Shown: piece by piece, positions 10,601 to 17,892 of the stretch
Position numbering within the stretch: the first letter of the stretch is position 1
How the letters are laid out: the number at the start of each line of letters is the position of its first letter
From: Bacillota bacterium
GTDB lineage: Bacteria; Bacillota; Clostridia; Lachnospirales; Anaerotignaceae
Reading direction: 5' to 3'
NCBI GenBank assembly: GCA_017534115.1
Contig: JAFWDD010000065.1
Location: forward strand, 2,142 to 66,141
Length of the DNA stretch: 64,000 bases
Position numbers and translations under genes: made by a program
Notes under the pieces: generated by a model
Told to the model about the DNA's origin: nothing
Seen by the model: only the letters and a program-made list of their open reading frames with translations
Databases searched by the model: none

Positions 10601-11788
10601 TTTAATCGGATCAATTCTTTGACCGACGCTTCGGCCAGTCCACCTTCAGTCAGTTCCGCATATGTCAGCAGCGTCGTATCCAAGGTTTGGCTTAATGATA
10701 CGGAAGAAACCAGGCCGGAATCTATTACGGTACAGGTATACGTAAGAAATCAGGCGGGAGACACTCCATATTTGGACAGCAACGGAAATCTAATCACACG
10801 TGAATTATCAGCAGAGAACGGTTGGTCAACCTCTATCAGTGCATCTGATGCTCTTCTGCCAAAATATGATGGTAGCGGGAACACTGTACAGTATGTTTGG
10901 AAAGAGGTCAGCGTACCGACGGGTTACATTTCTTCCATTGACAGCACCGGTCACACTATAACCAACCGGTTGTTGACCAAATCTTTGAAAATACGCAAGG
11001 TAGATGAGGATAACCACTCTATTATCTTACCGGATGCTTCATTTACGCTCTTTGCGGAAGACCAACTGACTGTGGTTGGTAGAGCAACTACAGATGTAAA
11101 CGGAGAAATAATCTTTAACAACTTACAGGAAGGGACTTGGTATTTAAGGGAAACAGCCGCTCCGGAAGGCTATGATCAGATCACAGACGAGATGAAAATA
11201 GTGGTTTCAAAGGCAGAAAACGGTCAAACATACATAACCTTCTATTACAATAACGTACCTATTGAAATAGAGCCCGACGATGACGCTTATATCATAGAAA
11301 ATAAGAAGACGTCATTAACCAATCTTACCATACAAAAAATGGTTGTAGGCGGTAATCAATCCGAAAGCTTCCCGTTTGAGATTATCTTTTATAACAGCGG
11401 TGGGGATATCATCACAAATATACCTGAAGGCGAAGGGTATTCTGTAGACGAAACAACGGGGCTTGTCGAGTTCTCTCTGTCAAATGAGCAGTCAGTTACG
11501 ATCCTCAATATCCCTCTAGATGCAACTGCAACTATTCGGGAAACCAATCATAACGGCTATACGGTTCTCATAAAGGACGGAAGCCAAACGCTTTTCATCG
11601 GAGACAACGGCAGTATAACGGTAAATGAACATCAAAATATTACCATTATCAACAACGCCGGCACCACTTTGCCAGAAACAGGCGGCATTGGCACTTTTAT
11701 CTACACATACTGCGGTGCAGCAATTATACTCTCCGTTTTTATATACGGTTATATACGGCACACAAGAGAAAGGAGGTCTATAAAATAG
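7679..11788 (+). CDS. LPETG-anchored multidomain surface protein, candidate pilus tip (Cys/His repeat array, CHAP amidase/peptidase domain, CnaB/SpaA-type domains)
   Basis: N-terminal TM/signal segment. Eight C..HxH..C mini-repeats at aa 52-227. CHAP motifs DWCAMFVSF, DHVGIV and IEGN. CnaB-like segments (VQVKKTWVDQ..., VSKVWLNDTEETRPESITVQVY...). An E-box-like WYLRETAAPEGY. C-terminal LPETGG, hydrophobic stretch and RHTRERRSIK. Confidence 0.85.
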   Translation: MSNKFHNNQFKYRQLKTRKKHRLWTFMVLSMAVILLTAHGLTLTAITMQTVCGQEAHIHTEECYSSESSFSRKLICGVDNSSSLVAHYHDDYCYDIDGSLMCSLEETDGHFHSDECYAYDEILICELDESEEHIHDESCSEVVPQLTCGLDECTETHQHSADCIFESEDLSEPVLICTIPEHEHIPDCYHESTSSCGIEEHTHNDSCYDEEGNLICGLSEHVHTDLCTEPYEIQNEPKDEIKEDPEKTEEEIQEIEIIPNENENYIPDPYSRSESHTYVENAIDNIILTGVYADDVLAVAKSQLGYRESTTDYITNENGYKKGYTYYGECYGYPYGDWCAMFVSFCLDTAGVPNYPSSPSCQQWIEKLRSEDVSLWHPASDPDTREKYEPKPGDLIFYDFDLDERSDHVGIVSELIEAADNSPALIKTIEGNYSDQVCIVTHARSYEGIIGYGELPENPEFLEQLEKSPLDLRKALTRSESELLYVMISVRELGDATINIEGATFILYYEDEVPYFVNLISDENGVLHVLNGDGTVEEDITMLPMGNYRLVQLTSDATHKPIPTPIRFNIRRIEDIAVENELIDPSVPKVSVQVKKTWVDQPDTNVNATIRLYANGEDTGETYSVSSSNPVTEFSFENLPKYDENHGRISYSVVEDELDGYYGVVRNPSQGYFEIDNYEGFQVGTAQSGSLWVATSSYAYLVQVDENSSVSCGNQLTLMSDAYAPSGFANSYYGHGIAYWTDGTDEYLFAINNYKQMVVVTDPSTTTTIAGRNNTNRSFLSITGVNGDLTHTLECSSDGQYLMLKAGSGSTIYMIPITKALSIPNGSSLNVNDPDVIKINATYTEGNRRVFCDGDIVQLPSGDLLFTGYMSNSLYTGSRSQLFLIPKTGNGWGPCQCVGEIENIATLNTGSMLYRGETDGLAMYGGKLYFTSSYTTAQGPFYVYPLSQLPQAGNPSNTVYTVDTAGGISLPSSVFNRINSLTDASASPPSVSSAYVSSVVSKVWLNDTEETRPESITVQVYVRNQAGDTPYLDSNGNLITRELSAENGWSTSISASDALLPKYDGSGNTVQYVWKEVSVPTGYISSIDSTGHTITNRLLTKSLKIRKVDEDNHSIILPDASFTLFAEDQLTVVGRATTDVNGEIIFNNLQEGTWYLRETAAPEGYDQITDEMKIVVSKAENGQTYITFYYNNVPIEIEPDDDAYIIENKKTSLTNLTIQKMVVGGNQSESFPFEIIFYNSGGDIITNIPEGEGYSVDETTGLVEFSLSNEQSVTILNIPLDATATIRETNHNGYTVLIKDGSQTLFIGDNGSITVNEHQNITIINNAGTTLPETGGIGTFIYTYCGAAIILSVFIYGYIRHTRERRSIK

Positions 11789-11873
11789 CACCTTAGGGGC
11801 AAAAACACATTAATTATTCTGATATAACCAAATAAAAAAAAACTACAATACTAAAAAGAAAGGAAAATGTAAA

Positions 11874-13388
11874 ATGAAAAAAATCAAAAACCTGCTTCCT
11901 ATCCTAATAGCAGGCATTATGGTCATGGCATTATCTGCCACCGCTTTTGCGGCCGGCGATGGAAGCATTACAGTAAACGGCACAACATCAGGAAAATCTT
12001 ATGAGATCTACAAAATTTTCGATTTGACAAAATCCAGCGGAGACAGTGTCTCCTACACTATCGATGACGACTGGACAGACTTTTTCTTTGATGGTTCAGG
12101 AGACTTAACAACCAATGGTACTAAATATCTTCTTACATCTCAACCCGCAGGCGAAAGCTACACTCAGATAGTATATGCCGGCACAGTATATTATGTAAAA
12201 ATTACAGACAGCAATGTTGCAAACTTTGCAAACGACGCACAGGAATATGCAGGAAGCAAGGCGCCTGACGATTCCAAAACTGCAACAGGCGATTCCGTTG
12301 TTTTTGATGATATTCCTCTTGGATACTACCTTGTTCTTCCCGTTGACGCTACGGAAATCAAAGAAGGAAACAGCTCAATCTGTTCAATCACAAACGCTGC
12401 TCCCGACGGTGAAGTAAATATTAAAGGAGAATACCCTGATATTGATAAAACTGTTGATGATGACGACGTTGAAGTCGGACAGGAAGTTACATACACAATC
12501 ACTGGAGAAGTTCCCGATACAACAGGATATGATACTTTTACCTACAAGGTCCATGATACCATGGATTCTGGCCTGACCTTCGGCACGACCGCTGCCACCA
12601 CCAACTTTACCGTAGAGTTTGGTGAAGCCACGATCTACGACAGCAGCACTTCGCTTCCCGACGGTATGACTTTGAATTTCGATAACAATGGCTTTGTGTT
12701 AAATTTCGATATGGTAAAATTCCAGAATTATAAAGGTCAACCTATCACCATAAGTTACAATGCTGTTGTCAACGACGAAGCCGTATGCCAGTTGACCGAG
12801 AACGATGCTTATCTTGAATATGGTCATGATCCCGATGAACTTGAAGAAACCACACATAAGGAAATTCCTGTTTACTCTTCAAAAATTGTAATCAACAAAT
12901 ATGACGGAAACAACACTGAAAACAAGCTTGCAGAAGCTAAATTCGTTCTTTACAAAGTCGTAGACGGCGCAAAGCATTACTACAAATACACAGCAGCATC
13001 CGGAACAACTCCCGCTAAAGTAGAATGGGTAGAAGAAGTAACTGCAGGCGTTATTCCTACTGGCGCAACGGAAGTTGAAACAAACACTGACGGCGAAGCA
13101 ACATTTTCAGGTCTTGAAGGCGGAGAATACTGGCTCCACGAAACAGAATCACCTGACGGATACAATCTGCTTACAGCTGATACAAAAGTAACTGTAACCG
13201 CACCTACATATGTAGATGAAAAACCCATCGGCGTTTCCGTAACAGCCGACGTACCTAATAACAGCGGTTCAACCTTACCAGAGACCGGAGGTATGGGTAC
13301 AAGAATCTTTTACATCATAGGAGCCGCCCTTATAGCAGGCGCAGGAATAACTCTTTTTGTTCGCAAACGCATTTCTGACGAAAAATAA
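11874..13388 (+). CDS. Major (backbone) pilin, LPETG sortase substrate
   Basis: Signal peptide (AFA/AG), a YPDIDK pilin-motif-like lysine context, an E-box YWLHETESPDGY, and C-terminal LPETGG followed by a TM segment and KRISDEK. It sits next to a class C sortase gene. Confidence 0.85.
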   Translation: MKKIKNLLPILIAGIMVMALSATAFAAGDGSITVNGTTSGKSYEIYKIFDLTKSSGDSVSYTIDDDWTDFFFDGSGDLTTNGTKYLLTSQPAGESYTQIVYAGTVYYVKITDSNVANFANDAQEYAGSKAPDDSKTATGDSVVFDDIPLGYYLVLPVDATEIKEGNSSICSITNAAPDGEVNIKGEYPDIDKTVDDDDVEVGQEVTYTITGEVPDTTGYDTFTYKVHDTMDSGLTFGTTAATTNFTVEFGEATIYDSSTSLPDGMTLNFDNNGFVLNFDMVKFQNYKGQPITISYNAVVNDEAVCQLTENDAYLEYGHDPDELEETTHKEIPVYSSKIVINKYDGNNTENKLAEAKFVLYKVVDGAKHYYKYTAASGTTPAKVEWVEEVTAGVIPTGATEVETNTDGEATFSGLEGGEYWLHETESPDGYNLLTADTKVTVTAPTYVDEKPIGVSVTADVPNNSGSTLPETGGMGTRIFYIIGAALIAGAGITLFVRKRISDEK

Positions 13389-13461
13389 TTCCTGAAACTG
13401 TATATAAGTTAGCAGGCTTTACCAATATCTATATTTTCAACTTATATAATTAATTCTCAGT

Positions 13462-13497
13462 CCGTACCCTCTGCGATTGCTCCGCAGAGGGATACGG
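13462..13497 (+). other. Strong intercistronic stem-loop between the pilin and sortase genes
   Basis: CCGTACCCTCTGCG / CGCAGAGGGATACGG forms a ~14-bp stem with one bulge and a 7-nt loop. No U-tract follows. Confidence 0.6.
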
Positions 13498-13516
13498 TAA
13501 TAAGGAGTGTCCTGTA

Positions 13517-14362
13517 TTGAAGAAGGGTAAAACCACAACCATTATATTGATTATTTTTTTTCTAATTGGGCTTTGCTTATTGCTGTATCCAAAGGTAAGC
13601 AATTACTGGAATTCATTTCATCAGACAAAAGTAGTAAATCAATATATCGAAGAAGTAACGGGCATAGATGACTCAGTATATGAAGCAATGATGAAAGAGG
13701 CTGAACAATACAATCTTTCTCTTCTTGACCGTGAAAACAAGTTTGCCTTAACAAAAGAACAAGAAGTACTCTACCCGAATATCCTTAATGTTGCAGGCAA
13801 CAGCATTATGGGATATATTGAGATACCTGTCATAGGAGTAACTCTTCCAATTTATCACGGTACATCTAATTCCGTACTTCAAACCGCAATCGGCCATATA
13901 GAATGGACAAGTCTGCCAATAGGCGGCAGGAGCACCCACTGTGCTCTTTCCGGACATAGAGGCCTTCCTTCAAGCAAGCTTTTTACAGACCTGGACAAAT
14001 TAGTTGTAGGTGATACATTTTACCTCCGAGTTTTAAATGAAACCCTCACATATGAGGTAGACCAGATATTGATTGTCGAACCTGAGGATACAGTTCCTTT
14101 GGAAATTACTCCCAATTGCGACTATTGCACTCTTGTGACCTGCACTCCCTATGGTATCAACACGCATCGTTTGCTTGTACGCGGGCATCGAACAGAGAAC
14201 GACACATCAATCTCTAATGTACATATTACAGCTGATGCTATTCAAATCGAGCCTTTACTTGCCGCACCGGCATTCTTTGCTGTGATTTTAATTATTGCTC
14301 TGATTGTATATGCGATTACCCAAAAGGTCAGAAGACTTAATAAGGAGAATAACCATGATTAA
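13517..14362 (+). CDS. srtC: Class C (pilin-polymerising) sortase
   Basis: N-terminal and C-terminal TM anchors, an active-site His context (ALSGHRG), TLVTCTPYGINTHRLLVRG with the Cys and Arg. TTG start with AAGGAG 9 nt upstream. Confidence 0.85.
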   Translation: MKKGKTTTIILIIFFLIGLCLLLYPKVSNYWNSFHQTKVVNQYIEEVTGIDDSVYEAMMKEAEQYNLSLLDRENKFALTKEQEVLYPNILNVAGNSIMGYIEIPVIGVTLPIYHGTSNSVLQTAIGHIEWTSLPIGGRSTHCALSGHRGLPSSKLFTDLDKLVVGDTFYLRVLNETLTYEVDQILIVEPEDTVPLEITPNCDYCTLVTCTPYGINTHRLLVRGHRTENDTSISNVHITADAIQIEPLLAAPAFFAVILIIALIVYAITQKVRRLNKENNHD

Positions 14363-15626
14363 CTTAAATATAAAATCAAAAAAATGGTTTATGTTTATCA
14401 TATGTACCATATTGTCCGTGGCACTTCTGCCGGTATGCGCCTTCGCAAAAATACCGGTGACTTCAAGCGGTTCCTCCTCCCTGACAATCGTTTGCAAAGA
14501 TAAGGGAACTCCTCTTGAAGGAATCACTTATGATTTATACAAAATTGCCGACACAGATGATAAAGGAGGTTTCTCATTAACGAAAGAATTTGAGAACTAT
14601 TCCATTTCCTTTGAACAGGATTCCGCGGAAGATATACGTGCCCTTGCCAAGACCTTGTCTCTGTATGCAATCAGGGACGAAATACCCTTTGTTTCGCAGG
14701 CAAAGACTGGAAAAAACGGAAAAGCTCTGCTCCGGAACCTTTCTGCCGGCTTATACCTGGCATATGGTCACAAATACACGGATAAAGAGAAGGATTTTAC
14801 TTATACTCCTGAGCCGATCCTGGTCAATCTCAAAAAAGCTGGCTCACCTGACAGTCCATTTTACAATATTACTGTAAATAGCAAAGGCGGTATAGGAGGC
14901 GGAGATACTCCGGAAACAACCGTTGTCAAGGTGCTGAAGGTATGGGATGACAAAGGTAACGAAGAAAACCGTCCTTCCGAAATCGAAGCAGAGCTTTTGA
15001 GAAACGGAAAAGTATACGATACCGTTATATTAAACGCAAAAAACAACTGGAAATACACATGGAAAAATCTCAGCCCAGATTACGAATGGAGTGTCGTTGA
15101 AAAATCGGTCCCCAGGGATTATTCCATGATCATTTCCAAAGAAGGCATCACTTATGTACTGACAAATAAATACCATCCGGAATTAACAACAGTTGAAGCC
15201 GAAAAAGTATGGAATGACAAAGGACATGAAAAAGAACGCCCTAAAAGCATTGAGGTAACCCTTTTTCGCAGCGGTGAAGAATATGAAACTGTAATATTAA
15301 GCGACACCAATGGATGGAAATACACATGGACAGATTTGGATCCCAAATACACATGGACTGTGAAAGAGGCCTCATATTTCAGCGAATATACCCAAAGTGT
15401 AGAACAAAAAGGCGGTAAATTCACAATTACCAATACATACATTCCTCTCGAGCCTCCGGCCGAGTCTGAGAATAATCCTCCGCCGGTCAATACTCCTCCG
15501 ACCGATTATCCTGACCTGCCGCAGACAGGACAGCTTTGGTGGCCTATTCCTATTCTCATATTGTCAGGGCTCTTATTCTATGCGGCAGGTTTTGTTTTAA
15601 ATAACAAAACAAAAAATGATGATTAA
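14355..15626 (+). CDS. CnaB-repeat minor/basal pilin, LPQTG sortase substrate
   Basis: Start moved to ATG 14355 (MINLNIKSKKW...) with AAGGAG upstream; it overlaps the srtC stop. Signal peptide, two CnaB repeats (KVWDDKGNEENRPSEIEAELLRNG..., KVWNDKGHEKERPKSIEVTLFRSG...), then LPQTG, a TM segment and a basic tail. Confidence 0.85.
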   Translation: MINLNIKSKKWFMFIICTILSVALLPVCAFAKIPVTSSGSSSLTIVCKDKGTPLEGITYDLYKIADTDDKGGFSLTKEFENYSISFEQDSAEDIRALAKTLSLYAIRDEIPFVSQAKTGKNGKALLRNLSAGLYLAYGHKYTDKEKDFTYTPEPILVNLKKAGSPDSPFYNITVNSKGGIGGGDTPETTVVKVLKVWDDKGNEENRPSEIEAELLRNGKVYDTVILNAKNNWKYTWKNLSPDYEWSVVEKSVPRDYSMIISKEGITYVLTNKYHPELTTVEAEKVWNDKGHEKERPKSIEVTLFRSGEEYETVILSDTNGWKYTWTDLDPKYTWTVKEASYFSEYTQSVEQKGGKFTITNTYIPLEPPAESENNPPPVNTPPTDYPDLPQTGQLWWPIPILILSGLLFYAAGFVLNNKTKNDD

Positions 15627-16272
15627 AAATAATAAAAATATAAATCAATATCTTCTTTTCATAATTGGAACCATACTTATTGTTTCTGCCGCATTATTAT
15701 ATTTATATAACACAAAGACCAATTTTAATGCACATATTCAGTCTGAAGCCATTGTGGAACAGATACACGAAACATCCGAAGAGTATGGGGAACTTTTTTA
15801 CTCCGGGCAATTAATACCTGATTATATACTTGTTCCCGGCATAGAAATGCCTTCCACCGATATAGACGGTAACCTTTATATAGGCACCCTCACCTTTCCC
15901 GATTTGAATCTGGAACTGCCCGTTATGGGAGATTGGAGCTATCCGAAGCTGAAGATCTCACCATGCCTTTATTCAGGGTCAATATATGAACACAATGCCG
16001 TTATTGCTGCCCATAATTATAACAGTCATTTCGGTAGACTGTCCGAGCTTGATTATGACAGTAGCGTCATATTCACAGATATAGAAGGAAACAGATTTCT
16101 TTTTGTAGTTGCTGCTAAAGAGATTTTAGAGCCAAAATCGACAGAAGACATGGTAAACAGCGGTTTCGAGCTGAGCTTATATACATGCACGTTAAGCGGA
16201 ACATCAAGATATACCGTAAGGTGCAAGCTCATTCAATCACCTGATGGTTCAACCTCCGGTGTAATGTATTAA
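15616..16272 (+). CDS. Second sortase (non-class-C, housekeeping-type)
   Basis: N-terminal TM anchor, a His context (VIAAHNYNSHFG), an LYTCT Cys motif and the RYTVRC Arg. The start overlaps the upstream stop. Confidence 0.75.
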   Translation: MMIKNNKNINQYLLFIIGTILIVSAALLYLYNTKTNFNAHIQSEAIVEQIHETSEEYGELFYSGQLIPDYILVPGIEMPSTDIDGNLYIGTLTFPDLNLELPVMGDWSYPKLKISPCLYSGSIYEHNAVIAAHNYNSHFGRLSELDYDSSVIFTDIEGNRFLFVVAAKEILEPKSTEDMVNSGFELSLYTCTLSGTSRYTVRCKLIQSPDGSTSGVMY

Positions 16273-16345
16273 ATCCTCGTCCGGTATTACAACTTCTGAA
16301 AATAGTTACAATAATACTCATGATAGCATTCTGGGAGAGATAAAT

Positions 16346-17104
16346 ATGGCACATAACGCATTGGACCTCAGAGGGCAAAAGTTCGGATTTCTTACCGCTC
16401 TTTTCAGACTGCCCGAAACAGAAAACCGATATTTTTTATGGGAATGCAGATGTGACTGCGGAAAACATGTCCAGGTATCCACCAAAAACCTAACAAAAGG
16501 TATAGTTAAAAGCTGCGGATGCCAAAGATCCCATCAAAAACAATCCACAAACAGAATAAAAGGCAAACGTTTCGGCAGACTCATAGCTCTTACCGCCACA
16601 AAAAAACGAAGTTATAAAGGGTCCATAATTTGGCAGTGCAAATGCGACTGCGGCAATATAACCGAAGCATCCGCGGACGCACTTCTTCATGGCAATAAAA
16701 CCAGCTGCGGATGCAGAAAAAATGAACTTAAAAATTCGATTCATGACCAACTGACTTTTGTAGACAGCACTTGCATAGAATGGCTGCGTTCAAGGAAAAA
16801 CCGCAAGGATAATACAAGCGGCTTCAGAGGAGTATATGAATCACATGGAAAATGGCGCGTATCCATCGGATTTAAAAAAAGGAGATATTACTACGGTACA
16901 TATGACACTTTCGAACAGGCCAAAGCTGCCAGGCTTGAAATCGAAAAGATTCTTCATGATGATTTTATCGCGGCATGGGAAAAGTGGCTGGAAGCCTCAA
17001 AAGATGACCCAGAATGGGCCGAAACACATCCGTTTGAATTCAATGTTCAAAAGGTTAACGGAAAAATCACCATACAATCAAATATTCTTGACAGTACCCT
17101 TTAA
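16346..17104 (+). CDS. AP2-like DNA-binding protein with two Cys4 zinc-ribbon repeats
   Basis: Two repeats of G.(K/R)FG.L..L....W.C.CDCG.....L..G...(S)CGC. The C-terminal SGFRGVYESHGKWRVSIGFKKRRYYYGTYDTFEQAKAARLE matches the AP2/integrase-type DNA-binding fold. Confidence 0.65.
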   Translation: MAHNALDLRGQKFGFLTALFRLPETENRYFLWECRCDCGKHVQVSTKNLTKGIVKSCGCQRSHQKQSTNRIKGKRFGRLIALTATKKRSYKGSIIWQCKCDCGNITEASADALLHGNKTSCGCRKNELKNSIHDQLTFVDSTCIEWLRSRKNRKDNTSGFRGVYESHGKWRVSIGFKKRRYYYGTYDTFEQAKAARLEIEKILHDDFIAAWEKWLEASKDDPEWAETHPFEFNVQKVNGKITIQSNILDSTL

Positions 17105-17151
17105 AGAATTCAAATAACTTTAATAATTTAAAAAGAAAGGACGTATATCAG

Positions 17152-17442
17152 ATGAACAAAACAGATTTAGCAAGAGAATTATCCCAAACAGTCGGTATAT
17201 CCCAAAAGGCGGCTCTTGATTATACAAATGCTATGCTGGATATACTAGTAAGAAGCTTAAACAAAAAAGAACCCATAAAATTCATTGGATTCGGCTCGTT
17301 CAGAGTAAAACTCGTCTCCAAGCGGATAGCAAGAAATCCTCACACAAATGAGATAATTGAAATCCCCGAACACTACAGAACAGTTTTCAAGGCAAGCACC
17401 AAGCTGCTTGAGCATTTAAATGCGGCAGCCTTGAAATCATAA
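17152..17442 (+). CDS. HU/IHF-family nucleoid protein
   Basis: 96 aa with MNKTDLA...FGSFRVK...RIARNPHTNEIIEIP, the canonical HU arm. Confidence 0.85.
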   Translation: MNKTDLARELSQTVGISQKAALDYTNAMLDILVRSLNKKEPIKFIGFGSFRVKLVSKRIARNPHTNEIIEIPEHYRTVFKASTKLLEHLNAAALKS

Positions 17443-17453
17443 TTGATACACAT

Positions 17454-17483
17454 AGGGGATTAGCGCATATCAGCTTATCCCCT
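17454..17483 (+). terminator. Possible terminator after the HU gene
   Basis: AGGGGAT / ATCCCCT stem with a 16-nt loop. The U-tract is weak (TTG). Confidence 0.35.
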
Positions 17484-17892
17484 TTGCCTCCACTTAATTT
17501 ATCTAGCACAGATATACCTAAATCTAAATTTAAAATTATGTAACATATTTTAAAGATAAAACAGCCCTGTTGTTAATTGAAAAAACTACATGTTAGTTTC
17601 ATAATGACATATTAGAAATGGAACAACGTTGCAAATAATGACCCTAATTGTTTCTTCGCTGTTCCCTTTATATTTGAAGTTTTTTATTCAGATGGCGAAA
17701 TAGTTATGCATACTCTAGTTTTGAGTGTGTCAAAGCAAGATGATAATGGAATATAAGATATTTTGATAAATCAGAAAAACCAAGCGTATTTTTCCCAAAA
17801 AACCAACTTAAAAAACTATAGGCAGAGCTGTTAGTCCAGTTATGACCTGTTTATTACATATAAAACCATATAATTAAAAGGAGAAAAACTAT

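Noticed and set aside
13551-13560. T8 homopolymer in the srtC signal-anchor coding region and an A9 tract at about 11834 as phase-variation switches
   Set aside because: These are short tracts in AT-rich DNA. Both genes are in frame, and a single sequence gives no evidence of length variation.
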